From the IMG/VR virus record IMGVR_UViG_3300037054_000148, positions 1 to 64,000 of that record: DNA of 64,000 nt; one strand, written 5' to 3'. The translations under genes and the position numbers were made by a program. Below, one piece after another: positions 17,230 to 27,268 of the stretch. The notes below the pieces were generated by a model. It was not told the origin of the DNA. It searched no databases and saw only the letters and a program-made list of their open reading frames with translations. Each line of letters begins with the position of its first letter. Positions within the stretch are counted from its first letter, which is position 1.

Positions 17230-17378
17230 TGGATGGCGTGGACGGAATCGAACCGCTCTGCGCTTTGAGCCTTGCAAAGCCCTCAGCACTTCCCTCACCC
17301 TCATCTCCTTAAGACCAGTGGTACCCTGATCAGAGACAAGCGGCACTCTGTCCGAAGAGTGTAAAGAGGCCCAAGCCA
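17230..17378 (-). ncRNA. tRNA-like RNA (8 bp acceptor, 4 bp T-stem, non-tRNA body)
   Basis: UGGCUUGG/CCACGCCA-UCCA, T-loop UUCGAUU. Confidence 0.55.
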
Positions 17379-17379
17379 T

Positions 17380-17456
<77 letters not shown>

Positions 17457-17620
17457 ATTTGATTCGTAGTGGGGGCTGTCTTTACAACAGCGACATAGGA
17501 TTGCTTGAGGGCTGGATCAGAGCGGCCTCAACCGTGCTCACATTCATTACTAAGCAGCCCCTTACTATGTACACTTTCGGGAGCCTCTTTTCATCTTCTG
17601 AGCTACCCCACCTTATTTTA

Positions 17621-17726
17621 TCAGGACTATCGGACTCGAACCGACCACCCCGCCCTTATCGGGGGCTGAGCTAGAACCAAACCAAGGCAACTAGTATGCC
17701 ACACCAGACTTCACTGGCGGTCCCGA
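17621..17726 (-). ncRNA. tRNA-like RNA (T-arm plus acceptor-like stem)
   Basis: CGGGAC/GUCCUG stem, UCGG-UUCGAGU-CCGA. Confidence 0.45.
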
Positions 17727-17830
17727 TTGGTTTCGCAGACAAAACTGATATTCTCCTTGTTGGTCCCCTCCTCGCGGGTTCGCGCCTCCTTATAGGTCGT
17801 GGCGTGAAGCTGGGGCTGTCTGCTGAAATT

Positions 17831-17930
17831 TGGTCGCGGAGTGAGGAATTGAACCTCACAACCCCTTATAGATACTCAGTCGAGCTACTAGGAGAGTGGG
17901 TTCCGGACCCCCTTCGCCGTTCAATCCACG
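17831..17930 (-). ncRNA. tRNA-like RNA with non-canonical body
   Basis: CGUGGA/UCCGCG-ACCA, GUGAGG-UUCAAUU-CCUCAC. Confidence 0.55.
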
Positions 17931-18673
17931 ACTTTTCTCTAAAAGCGAGTCTTTCATTTAAACGATCCGCGAAGATTTGTGGGTAGGATCACACATTCCC
18001 ACCCCGTGCCAGAAGTTTAGTGACGCTATGGCTGGGGTGCCAACACTTTGGAATCGTGAGGCTGGCCTGAAGCGTCCTGGCTCGTGCGTCTACTCACTTA
18101 ACCCGGCCTTGTCTTCTGCTCCCGGTTTCCCGGTGAAATCAGAACCTAATCATTTCCGGATCATACCCAATTCTGCTTTCCCGAAGCACCTGATATTCTC
18201 GCTTCACAGACTCTAAGGGTATTTGTTTGAGCAGGTTGCAAAGAATCGATATGAGGTTTTGGTGAGACCCCTTACTCGAACCATTCTATGCCTCATGGTT
18301 CCTGTCAGGATTTTGCAGCGTAGATTCAAGAGCTTTCATTGGGCTCCCGTGTAGCACCTGACTGTCTCCCAGCCGTCAAGCTGGTATGGCCGGTTGACGC
18401 CGGTCACGCGATATACCCACGTTTTTCGTTTGGCACTGGAAAACGTGGAAACCTTTGGCCATAACCCCAACAATCTACGGTGCCGGTTTACCAGTCACGA
18501 GCGTAGAAACATCGTTGAGAGAGAAGCTGATTCGCCGGTTCCCGGTCTACTCTTAACGCCGCCGTGCGAGGGCTAATTAGCGAAGAGTGGAATTGTTGAC
18601 TCCAGGTTTATTTAAACTCTGTCTAGGTTCCCAGAGGTCCATTCCTGAAAATCCCCATCAGCAGAATAAAACT

Positions 18674-18759
18674 AGACGCCTCTGCCCTCTTGATTTTTGG
18701 AGAAGAGTGCGGAACTCCTGGCATGGGGTTTCCCCCTAGGTTGGTTGCTGCAAGCGTCT
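18674..18759 (-). ncRNA. RCAGCAA stem RNA copy E
   Basis: AGACGC-UU-GCAGCAAC...GCGUCU. Confidence 0.68.
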
Positions 18760-18962
18760 TAAGATTTGTATGGGCCTTCACTAGTTGCCCACCCACCAGC
18801 ACTTAACTTTATACAGAACAGGAGAACCTGCGGCTGGTTTCCGCCAGATGCCCTAAAGCACCAAGCAAGTCATTTCTAAAAACATATATTCAGTTGTCAA
18901 GTTGGTTCATTTCCCAGTTTCCTGGGGTTTCGAGGGTGACCTTGATCTAACCCTCTGAACTT

Positions 18963-18992
18963 ATTATACCGTGTATTGAGGGGTTCTGTATA
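18963..18992 (-). promoter_or_regulatory. promoter at the head of the RNA island
   Basis: TATACA-N18-TATAAT, not followed by a long ORF. Confidence 0.7.
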
Positions 18993-19012
18993 CCTTTTTC
19001 TTCAGAAAGTTT

Positions 19013-19477
19013 TCAGAGTTCCCAGGTTCCTTGAAAATATGCTGCCATCCCGTCGAAGATCTCTTCGTTAGGGCAGAGGAGCCGGATGTTCATCAAAAAC
19101 TTGTGACCTGGGGGAACTTCTTTGTTGCAGTTGTGCCAATCGTAATCTTCCCAGACTCTTCGCTTGGCTAATTCTCCCCATACAGAGACTAATACTCTGG
19201 TTGGAGCCCAGTCAGGGAGTTGGATCAAAAGAACGTTGTGACCGGTAGGAAAGCAAGCCTTTTCAACAGCTTGCATGAAGAAATGACGGAGTAGAGAGGT
19301 CAGCCAGGGGGTGTCCTCGGTGGCCGGAACTTCAAATGCCCAGCCATCCGCCTCACCCACCTTGCAGGGACGACCCGCACGGGAAAGAATGGTGCTGACC
19401 CTATCAAAGGATACGACATAATCTGCATCCCAATGGGTTAGCAGCGGATTTCTGGTGTATTCGAACTTCATGCCCAT
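19013..19477 (-). CDS. hypothetical protein
   Basis: 154 aa ORF in operon. Confidence 0.6.
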   Translation of the reverse strand: MGMKFEYTRNPLLTHWDADYVVSFDRVSTILSRAGRPCKVGEADGWAFEVPATEDTPWLTSLLRHFFMQAVEKACFPTGHNVLLIQLPDWAPTRVLVSVWGELAKRRVWEDYDWHNCNKEVPPGHKFLMNIRLLCPNEEIFDGMAAYFQGTWEL

Positions 19478-19478
19478 G

Positions 19479-19808
19479 CTATCTATTACTCCGTTTCAGG
19501 TTACAGGCGGAGCAAAGTGTTTTGATCCACCCATCACTACGAGCTTCTCCCGGAAGTCCACAATACTCACAGGTCTCAGCGCACTCTGCTTCAGCTTCCC
19601 TGATGATACGATCTGCTTCAGCGTGAACGCAAGAAGTGTAAATCCGGAGGAGCCCGAACTTTTCCTTCACCTGAACGATCTGGGGAGGATCGGGGAGAGC
19701 AGTGATGCGAACAATAGCCTCCTCCACGATGGGCATCCACCCATCTCCGATATCCATACCCCAGAATCGAGGGACAAACATGTGGGGATACTGCTCCTGA
19801 ATATTCAT
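19479..19808 (-). CDS. conserved hypothetical phage protein
   Basis: GDGW, QVKEKFG.LRIY, CEYCG and TLCSAC motifs. Confidence 0.75.
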   Translation of the reverse strand: MNIQEQYPHMFVPRFWGMDIGDGWMPIVEEAIVRITALPDPPQIVQVKEKFGLLRIYTSCVHAEADRIIREAEAECAETCEYCGLPGEARSDGWIKTLCSACNLKRSNR

Positions 19809-20230
19809 ATGGAATAGTATCCTTCAAACACATCGATCCGCTCAGCCATCTTACGGACGGACTCCAGCGGGACTCCGTGAGTGTTTCGGGCCGCGCAGAC
19901 CTCCGGATCGACCTTGAAGACCTTCAGCCACACCTCGTAGCCAGCCCTCTTCGCCGCATCCACATACTCCTTGCGCTCCCAGTCACGGGTGTTGGTATTG
20001 TCCACGAAGATGGTGAACAGGCCGCAAGCCAGACAATGCTTGAACTTTTCCAGGCAGGCCGCATGAGCCCTACCCAGAAGACCAGGGTTGAAGTTGTAGC
20101 TCCCATCCGGCTGGAGGAAATAGTGGTCCGCAGAACAGACCTCAAACTCCCCCTCCAGTTCGTAGTTCTGGATCCAGGTGGACTTGCCACAGCCGGAAGG
20201 GCCGACCAGGATGATGACACGCTTTTCCAT
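19805..20230 (-). CDS. AAA_33 P-loop kinase (polynucleotide kinase-like)
   Basis: GPSGCGKS, SADHYF, VDNTN, RNTHGVP. Confidence 0.85.
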   Translation of the reverse strand: MEKRVIILVGPSGCGKSTWIQNYELEGEFEVCSADHYFLQPDGSYNFNPGLLGRAHAACLEKFKHCLACGLFTIFVDNTNTRDWERKEYVDAAKRAGYEVWLKVFKVDPEVCAARNTHGVPLESVRKMAERIDVFEGYYSI

Positions 20231-20246
20231 TTCATACCTCTCTGTT

Positions 20247-20275
20247 ATTATACTCGATTGCAGAGCTTATGCCTA
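20247..20275 (-). promoter_or_regulatory. sigma70-like early promoter
   Basis: TAGGCA-N17-TATAAT. Confidence 0.55.
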
Positions 20276-20461
20276 CAGGTAAATCTGCTTCTGGCATTTC
20301 AGGCAAACGATGTAGCGGTAGTCGTCAGACCCACCACCATAATCATAATCCGTTCCGGACAGCACATCAGCAGGAACGTATTCCATCGTTGCCCCACAGT
20401 TCTTGCAAATCACCCGCTTAACCACACTGGGGTCGGGGCCTTCACTGATTAGACGAGCCAT
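20273..20461 (-). CDS. small zinc-ribbon protein
   Basis: CKNCG...CLKC. Confidence 0.65.
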   Translation of the reverse strand: MARLISEGPDPSVVKRVICKNCGATMEYVPADVLSGTDYDYGGGSDDYRYIVCLKCQKQIYL

Positions 20462-20506
20462 TGGAACCCCTTACATGAACTTCAAAAGAATCAAGCGTTG
20501 AAGGAA

Positions 20507-20797
20507 CTACTTCAGCCACATGAAAGTGAGACTGCATAGGCCAAGAGTGACCATGACGCCGACTGTACCGAGAAGCTCCATCAGCCATCTCTTCATGATC
20601 TCCGAGAGATCCTGGGACTGCTTCATTGCTTCGTCCCAGTTGGTATTCCGCATGTTGACGTAGGAGATGAGAAGGGAGATGGCCATGGCCAGTCTGTAAG
20701 AGGGGGGGAAGTGGCCGAACAGAGCAATGAGGTAAATAGCCCCACCTCCAATCGCCACTGACAGGATGAGGGGGAAGATCAACAGGAATTTCTTCAT
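20507..20797 (-). CDS. membrane protein
   Basis: Three hydrophobic segments. Confidence 0.6.
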   Translation of the reverse strand: MKKFLLIFPLILSVAIGGGAIYLIALFGHFPPSYRLAMAISLLISYVNMRNTNWDEAMKQSQDLSEIMKRWLMELLGTVGVMVTLGLCSLTFMWLK

Positions 20798-21033
20798 GAC
20801 TGCTCCTTTATCATGTTATGGATCATGGTCCATGCGATGGGGAAAAACACACTGGCGAAGATGAGCGTTAGGACGAGAGTGGGGAAACTAATGTTGAATT
20901 TCTTGAATCCCGCCTTCCCACCGTAGATGAAAGCGTAAGTGGTCAGGAGTCCCAGGAAGAGAAAAGTCCCAGCCGAAAGTGCGCCCCAGAGGGCCAGTGA
21001 ATAGTTTAACACGGTTCCACCTCGAATGTCCAC
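20794..21033 (-). CDS. membrane protein
   Basis: Two hydrophobic segments; true start may be about 21009. Confidence 0.55.
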   Translation of the reverse strand: MDIRGGTVLNYSLALWGALSAGTFLFLGLLTTYAFIYGGKAGFKKFNISFPTLVLTLIFASVFFPIAWTMIHNMIKEQS

Positions 21034-21641
21034 GGTTTATTAACCGGAAGCTGCCTTTCATTGCAGATCGCTGCATTGATATAGAAGGTGTCAATGACGC
21101 TCTTGGCCCCATAGCCAACATGACAATGACCAAAGCAGTGGAATTTGGGCTTTGCACGGCTGACTTTTTGAAGCAAGTCATAGCTTCCGATATGGCGAAG
21201 CTTGAAGTCCTGGGCCACCTCATCCAGAATCCCACGAGGGGGGCAGTGGGTGATAAGGATATCCAGACCATCAGGAATCCGTTCGTAGATTTCCATCAAA
21301 TCCTCCTCCTCCCTATTGAAGGCCCAATTATGAAAGTAGGGCTGTTGAGGGGTTCCGAAAATTTTGAGTCCTCCCAACTCCAGGTAGTCATCCTCCAGAT
21401 AAGTGATGCCGTTGTCCTTGAGAATCAGACGGGCCACCGTGGGGTTCTGTTCGAAAAGGAAATCATGATTTCCGGCGACAAACAACTTATTGGGATGGGG
21501 AAGTTTTCCGAACCACTCAGCGAACAGAGTGACTTCGCGGATCGTCCCCCTCTCAGTCGCGTCCCCACAATGAATAACGAGATCGCCTTCAGGAACGGCG
21601 ACCTCGTAGTTGTGGGTATCGGAAAGAAACACAGTCTTCAT
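21006..21641 (-). CDS. calcineurin-like metallophosphoesterase
   Basis: SDTH, HCGD, GNHD, THCPP, GHCH. Confidence 0.9.
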   Translation of the reverse strand: MKTVFLSDTHNYEVAVPEGDLVIHCGDATERGTIREVTLFAEWFGKLPHPNKLFVAGNHDFLFEQNPTVARLILKDNGITYLEDDYLELGGLKIFGTPQQPYFHNWAFNREEEDLMEIYERIPDGLDILITHCPPRGILDEVAQDFKLRHIGSYDLLQKVSRAKPKFHCFGHCHVGYGAKSVIDTFYINAAICNERQLPVNKPWTFEVEPC

Positions 21642-21647
21642 GTAGTT

Positions 21648-21677
21648 AGTATACCCAGAAAGTTAGCGATTTGTATA
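21648..21677 (-). promoter_or_regulatory. sigma70-like early promoter
   Basis: TATACA-N18-TATACT. Confidence 0.65.
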
Positions 21678-21685
21678 TAGAAAAC

Positions 21686-22015
21686 TTACCAATCGCTGCT
21701 GGATCCGCCCCCATCAGAACTTCCACCTCCGGAGGAGAAAGAGTCATCTGAAGAGGCTGAAGAACTGGATGAATCATCGGAGCTACTGGATATCGAGAAG
21801 CTGGACGAGTCATCGTCATCGCTGGAAGAACTGAAGCTGCTGCTCGACGTATGAGAGGAGGTGTCAGAAGAGGGCATGAAGCCGTCCTCCTGCCCCTGCT
21901 TGCGGAGAAGCTGTGCGAGGCGAACCCTCTGGGCATTGTCCAGATAGTGGCCGTGTCGCTTCAGATCGAGCAGGCCCCTGAGTTCATGGTCTTCCGAGTA
22001 AGTAAGTGTGCTCAT
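21686..22015 (-). CDS. Ser/Gly-rich tail protein
   Basis: Ends FSSGGGSSDGGGSSSDW; AGGAGG RBS. Confidence 0.7.
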   Translation of the reverse strand: MSTLTYSEDHELRGLLDLKRHGHYLDNAQRVRLAQLLRKQGQEDGFMPSSDTSSHTSSSSFSSSSDDDDSSSFSISSSSDDSSSSSASSDDSFSSGGGSSDGGGSSSDW

Positions 22016-22026
22016 GTCTGCCTCCT

Positions 22027-22956
22027 TTACCAGCTACCGCTGGAGCCGCCGCCGTCGAAGCCACCACCACCTGACGAGAAGCTGTCGAAGCTACTGGAAC
22101 TGCTTGAGTCACTGCTGCTCGAACTGCTATGATAGTCATCATCATAGGAGTGGTGTCTCCGGGGAGCCTTTTCCTAATGATGATGGGTTGTTGCGACCAC
22201 CGCAGATGCGGCAACGATAGGAAGAATGATACCATCTTCGGTGGAGCGGGGTTTTTCCGCATAAATGGTATGTTGTTCCCAAAACCCGTCTTCCTGAAGT
22301 CGTCTAGCACGAAGGGCGGCATCGGCTCTGTCATTCTCCTCTTCCTCGCGCTTACTCCTACGATACAGAGCAATCGCAATCACCCCGCCAATCAGAAGCA
22401 AGGCCAGAACAATAGTGAGAGGAATCCAGATATCTGAACCTGTATCCTTAACCGCTCCCTTGACCGGAGGGGCAAACTTCTCGATAGAGGCGTAATGAAT
22501 CATCTGATCGACACCGGCATTGATGCCACCATAGAAGTTGTTAGCCCTGAAGTTTGGTTTTAGCGAGTCATCCAGGATCTCCTTAGCAGTCGTGTCAGGA
22601 ATCACACCCTCCAAACCACGACCCACTTCGATTCGCATCTTGTGGTCGTTCTTGAACACCAGCAGGATAGCTCCGGAGTTGTCCTTCTTCTGCCCCGGCT
22701 TCCATGCCCTTGCGGCCTGGATACCGAAATCCTCAATTGGCATCCCGTTCAGCGTGGGAGCCATGTAGACCAGGATCTGGGCTCCATTCCGGTCTTCCAG
22801 AGCCTTAAGCTTGGCGCAGAGGCCGTCGATCTGAGGCTGGGTGAGGGTGCCGGTCGTGTCGGTCACACGAACCGTGGGAACCGGAGGGATGGGAACCTGA
22901 GCGGAGGCGAAACTCAGGCTCAGAAGGGCGAAGACTGCGAGAATTAGACGCTTCAT
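22027..22956 (-). pseudogene. TPM-domain membrane protein interrupted by an in-frame TAG at 22174-22176
   Basis: Signal peptide, TPM motifs (RIEVGRGLEG.IPD), TM helix; the frame continues 48 codons past TAG to the typical GGGGFDGGGSSGSW* end. Confidence 0.8.
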
Positions 22957-23602
22957 GGCGTCACTCCTTTCGGCATACGGGTATTGAAGTCCATGTTCTT
23001 GATCAGCGGGTTGGCTTTCTTTTCGTCCTCGGACTTATACATGTCCCTGGCTTTGAACTTGGGGTTGTTCCCGAAGAAGATACCGGCCCAGAAACTGCCG
23101 ATTCGCTGGTTGTGCTGCTCAACCATATCGTTGTAGTCCCTGATGGAAATACCGATGCGGTTGTTCAGACCTTCCAGATTAGTACGGAGATCCTGGAAAG
23201 ACTTGCTGAAATTGGGGTCCGGAATCTTCTCGGAGACCACCATCAGGCGTCCCAGGAAGTTGCCCAGCGAACCCTGCTGCGACTTGTAAGCAGCCAGAGC
23301 CTGTGGATCCTTCATCAACTCAGGGGTCAGTTTGATCTGTCCCCCCTGATTTGCTCTCATCCTGGCGTATTCGACCACGATGTCCTGCTCAGCCCCGACC
23401 TCAGCCTTGATGGCTTCGACAAGGTTGGGGATCATATCAGCACGACGACGATAGGACTCGTCAATGTTGCCGACCGCCTTGTCCACGGCGATGGAACTGT
23501 TATTCAGTTCGTTGTAGGTGCTGACGTAAGTGGCCCCACTCCCCCTACGAAGAGCCCCAGCCCTACCAGGACTAGCAGGGTGATGACTAAGCCTTTGCCC
23601 AT
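22953..23602 (-). pseudogene. lemA: LemA family protein with a 1 nt frameshift near 23534-23545
   Basis: YRRRADMIPNLV, NRI....RDYN; the N-terminal TM anchor MGKGLVITLLVL (ATG 23602, AAGGAGG RBS) is out of frame by one base. Confidence 0.8.
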
Positions 23603-23643
23603 GTATTCCTCCTTATGGAAAGTGGGTATTCGAACTTGAATGG

Positions 23644-23979
23644 TTACTTGATCTCTGTCATGACGGAAGGTGGCAGAGCCTCTCCTTTGATGATAGCATC
23701 ATCCGGATGGTTCTGCAAGAATTTAAACCACTCTTCTTCGGTCATGAACTGAGGTTTGGCATCGACCGCTTCCTTGGTGGACTTGATGGCGTCCTGGATC
23801 GAGGCCATCAATTGTTCCATCCCAGCCGGAGTGGCGGAAAAATGCAGGGTCTCAGAGGGCTGGTTCCCCCGGCCATTCACCACCTCTACTTCCACGTGTA
23901 CCATAGGGAGCAAGGCGTTAATTTTGCTGTTGTAGAGGTATGAAACGTGGGAACTGCAACTTGCGATGATATTATCCAT
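23644..23979 (-). CDS. hypothetical protein
   Basis: 111 aa, AAGGAG RBS. Confidence 0.65.
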   Translation of the reverse strand: MDNIIASCSSHVSYLYNSKINALLPMVHVEVEVVNGRGNQPSETLHFSATPAGMEQLMASIQDAIKSTKEAVDAKPQFMTEEEWFKFLQNHPDDAIIKGEALPPSVMTEIK

Positions 23980-23991
23980 TGAGTGTCTCCT

Positions 23992-24600
23992 TTAGACTGA
24001 TGGGGGTAGGACTAGTTGAGAAAGCTGATGCAGGCTTACTGGTTTGTAATCCCAGACATCCACACCGACATTTATTTGACGACCTTTTTGCTTCCATGCT
24101 CCATGAACATGCCCATGAATCAGAATGGTCTTGCCATCATTGACGGGCTGAAATTCCTTGTAGCGACCTTCGTAGGCATGATCCACGAAGGAGTCATCCC
24201 GGTAAGGGAGGTGGTGCAGCAGAACTAATGCCGGATCATCCCATACGGGTTGGAACCAGAGAGTGGACTCCAGAATGTTGGTGAAGTAATTCTGATATTC
24301 CAACAGCCAGCCCTCTCGTTTCTCTTGAGACTTGTGGTGGTAGAGGCGGGAGGGGCGGTCGTGGTTGCCCAGGATGAGGGTCTTGTGGCCGTTCATCTGG
24401 GCCACGAGGGGGAGGGTTTCTGATAACTTCCCTAACGCCACATCTCCAAGGAACACCACGGAGTCTTCCGGATGAACGATGGCGTTATGATTGGCAATCA
24501 GGGTCTCGTTCATCTCTTCTACAGATTTGAACGGACGATTCGTCATCTCACAAATTTTGAGATGGCCAAGGTGATGGTCGGCACATAAGTAAATTCCCAT
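23992..24600 (-). CDS. calcineurin-like phosphoesterase (phage type)
   Basis: ADHHLGH, LGD, GNHD, HGHVH, NVGVD. Confidence 0.9.
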   Translation of the reverse strand: MGIYLCADHHLGHLKICEMTNRPFKSVEEMNETLIANHNAIVHPEDSVVFLGDVALGKLSETLPLVAQMNGHKTLILGNHDRPSRLYHHKSQEKREGWLLEYQNYFTNILESTLWFQPVWDDPALVLLHHLPYRDDSFVDHAYEGRYKEFQPVNDGKTILIHGHVHGAWKQKGRQINVGVDVWDYKPVSLHQLSQLVLPPSV

Positions 24601-24618
24601 ACCTAATGATACCCAGGT

Positions 24619-25107
24619 TCAGACCTTTTTGAATAGGAAATGTTCGAAAGATTTCAGGTCGAAATTCAGAACCTTCCCATCTGTAGTCTTTACCCCAAAT
24701 TTCTTCTGCTCTGGAATAACATAGACCACCTCACCTTCCCCACCTTTGAAGATTACGTGGTCCCCTTTCTCTAGTCTAAGGAGTGGAGACCGGCGATCCC
24801 CCTTCCAATAGAACGACTGAGCCGCATACTCGCGCTTGAGGTCTTCCTCAAACTGTTTTCTGGACTCAACCACGATGGCCTTAACCGCGCTCATGGGAAG
24901 ATCCGCATCTAGCTTTAAGCTAGTATCACAGACCCACTCTGTATCTCCGTCTTCGGCTACGCAGTCTACGTGCCCTCGTTTGGACTCGACTTCGAACTCA
25001 GTTAAATCGAATGTGTACCTTTTACGAATTTCCATTACCCTTTTCCTTGAAATCTTCCCCACAGTGCTCTCGCCTCTAATAAGGCGTCCGACATTTCTTT
25101 TGGCCAT
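24619..25107 (-). CDS. hypothetical protein
   Basis: 162 aa; SH3/KOW-like C-terminus. Confidence 0.6.
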   Translation of the reverse strand: MAKRNVGRLIRGESTVGKISRKRVMEIRKRYTFDLTEFEVESKRGHVDCVAEDGDTEWVCDTSLKLDADLPMSAVKAIVVESRKQFEEDLKREYAAQSFYWKGDRRSPLLRLEKGDHVIFKGGEGEVVYVIPEQKKFGVKTTDGKVLNFDLKSFEHFLFKKV

Positions 25108-25403
25108 TTACCACCGAGCACATCTCTGAAATAATCTCCAAACCAAGCACTGGAGTGGGCTAACCCAGGCTCCCCTTCTTCGAATCTATGATTCAAAATT
25201 TCTTTTGCATAGTAATAGCTGAACTTAGGATTCAGGGCTATCTCTGGCTCCCCTTCGGGGTATGGGCCTCGAAGCACATATCTTGCGTAAAAATAGGCAG
25301 TTTTCGGACTGCTCAGAGAGTTAGCTTTAATTGAGTCGGTAATTTTAGGGCTCAAAAATTTATGAGCCACCAAATTATATATCACGTGTCTAGTGAGCAT
25401 CAT
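25035..25403 (-). CDS. hypothetical protein with two short helical repeats
   Basis: YA..VL.G..PEGEP / YA..IL...F.EGEP. Confidence 0.6.
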   Translation of the reverse strand: MMLTRHVIYNLVAHKFLSPKITDSIKANSLSSPKTAYFYARYVLRGPYPEGEPEIALNPKFSYYYAKEILNHRFEEGEPGLAHSSAWFGDYFRDVLGGKWPKEMSDALLEARALWGRFQGKG

Positions 25404-25511
25404 ACCCTCTCACTTAGAAACCAAAAGCCCGGAATTTAACCGGGCTTGGCACCGTATAGGTGTTCTCACAGGGCTGGAGAACCAACCGTGTACATATAAT
25501 ACTGAGAATTT

Positions 25512-26741
25512 CTATTTCAGGGATAGCTTCCGTTTTGCGAAAACCAGCATCTCAGCAACTTTGTTCCTTAGAATGGGGTTGCCCTTAGTGAGGACTTCAT
25601 ACAGAGCTTGAAGTTCTGGAATGTAAGTTCTGGCAAACCCAGGATTGGTTTCCACAATATCATACCCATTATTGAGCATATCGGCCAGCTTAATGGTCTG
25701 ACCCTCCGGAGAGGCGTTACTATAGTGTTTTCGGTCAATTTCCTTCCGAATTTTACGATTTCCATCCTCTAATTTGGATATTTCTGACAATTCTACGACC
25801 AATTTAGAGACCTTTGGTCCAAAAAGCTCGGTCAACTCCTCCGGTCTGACCCCCTGGTCCTCTATCACATCATGCAAATAGGCGGCACAAATCATCTCTA
25901 TGGAGCCACCAATGGACCTTATGATGTCCGCAACGGCCTCTGGATGGACAAAATAGTCCCCTCCGGTCCATTTTCGCTTCTGAGTCTTGTGTTTTTCCTT
26001 GGCGAATTGAATCGCCTTATCCACTAAGTCTTCCCCAGAGGCTCTGACCCGAAAAGGGCTATCTGAATCTTGGGGATCTTCGGGTTCTTCAGTGAAGATA
26101 TGCACTTTTCCGTCCCCAGAAGGGTTTTTCTTCCACTCACTTTGATTTATGAGAGCGATCATTAGAGGCTCTGGGGGCCTATCGGTGTGCGGACCCTCCG
26201 CAGCGGTTTTCTGAGACCTATTTAAAAGAGCTTGGTGGGCCGACTCGGCACAAAAACTGTTCCAATCTGTCTTTCCGAACCATTTTTTATAGAAAATCTG
26301 CCAGTCTTTGTCAGTTTTAACCTCTGGCATTCGTTCAATCATGAACTCTACGTCTTGTGGATCGTGTGATTGCTCCGCAGATCGTTTGGAATGAATCTTC
26401 AAACATAAAAGGTACATCTTCGACGGGCACTGGATGCTCAGGTTAGAGAATTGGGGGCCTTGCACAGCTTCTCGGGGGAAGTAATACTCACTTGCCTCAT
26501 CGTTAAACCAGTTTATGGGCAATCCCTTTTCCCAAGTAATCTCTTCAACAGCCTTAGTGAGATTTTCGCTCATCCCACAGGCATCAATATCCTTCACGGG
26601 GCGATAGAAATCATCAAACAGAAACATCAGGGCAGCCGCACCTGTGACCATGACCGTTTCTTTTTGATATTTATGCCTCAACACTTCATTGACCGCTTCA
26701 AGAGCGGCGAAAACATGGTCACGGTCCAGCAACTGAGTCAT
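25512..26741 (-). CDS. nucleotidyltransferase-like (DUF6036-type) domain fused to a RelA/SpoT-Mesh1-like HD domain
   Basis: N-terminal GAAAL...DID...WFND...K...HDPQD; C-terminal H..Q.RK..G..Y..HP, LHDVIED, IKLAD..NN. Confidence 0.8.
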   Translation of the reverse strand: MTQLLDRDHVFAALEAVNEVLRHKYQKETVMVTGAAALMFLFDDFYRPVKDIDACGMSENLTKAVEEITWEKGLPINWFNDEASEYYFPREAVQGPQFSNLSIQCPSKMYLLCLKIHSKRSAEQSHDPQDVEFMIERMPEVKTDKDWQIFYKKWFGKTDWNSFCAESAHQALLNRSQKTAAEGPHTDRPPEPLMIALINQSEWKKNPSGDGKVHIFTEEPEDPQDSDSPFRVRASGEDLVDKAIQFAKEKHKTQKRKWTGGDYFVHPEAVADIIRSIGGSIEMICAAYLHDVIEDQGVRPEELTELFGPKVSKLVVELSEISKLEDGNRKIRKEIDRKHYSNASPEGQTIKLADMLNNGYDIVETNPGFARTYIPELQALYEVLTKGNPILRNKVAEMLVFAKRKLSLK

Positions 26742-26748
26742 GGGCTAC

Positions 26749-27237
26749 CTATGAAACGAAAGTTAAATCACAATTTTGGAACACAGCGAACAAAGCTGCG
26801 GGAGTAAGGCCCCGCTCAGGGATACCTGTGACCCCATCATGAATGAGGATGTCTCCAGCATACTCTGAGCATATCATCCCCCCACCCACAGTCTTTAACC
26901 CCAGCCCCGCACGAATCGCGTTGAGGTAACTGTAATCAAGATTAAATTTTGAGAAGGCGTAGTTCAATCCGGCTTCGGATAAAGAGGCATGTCTATTCAC
27001 GATCATCTGAGGTGTTCGCTCAATCAGAAGCACTAAGTGGGGGCCTTTAGAGGGTAGCGATTCGGCTAACCACTTTCTTCCACCAAATTCTATAATCATC
27101 CCCACATGATTCCATCTGGAGTGGGTGTCCCACTGAATAATGAGGTCAGTCGGAGTATTCCCATGAAAAAAAGCCAAGTCACCGGTTTGAGCCAGTGCCC
27201 CAGCTTCTACAAATCCTAATGTTTGGGAAACACCCAT
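26749..27237 (-). CDS. permuted papain-like NlpC/P60 (YiiX/YebB-like) hydrolase
   Basis: GDLAFF, HVGM, CSEY, TP. Confidence 0.75.
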   Translation of the reverse strand: MGVSQTLGFVEAGALAQTGDLAFFHGNTPTDLIIQWDTHSRWNHVGMIIEFGGRKWLAESLPSKGPHLVLLIERTPQMIVNRHASLSEAGLNYAFSKFNLDYSYLNAIRAGLGLKTVGGGMICSEYAGDILIHDGVTGIPERGLTPAALFAVFQNCDLTFVS

Positions 27238-27268
27238 CGTATACCTCTATGAAGAGGGATGGAAAGTC

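Noticed and set aside
22174-22176. Genome-wide TAG reassignment (code 15)
   Set aside because: Other genes end cleanly at TAG (e.g. 3983, 25512, 42087), long genes contain no internal TAG, and no convincing CUA-anticodon tRNA was found
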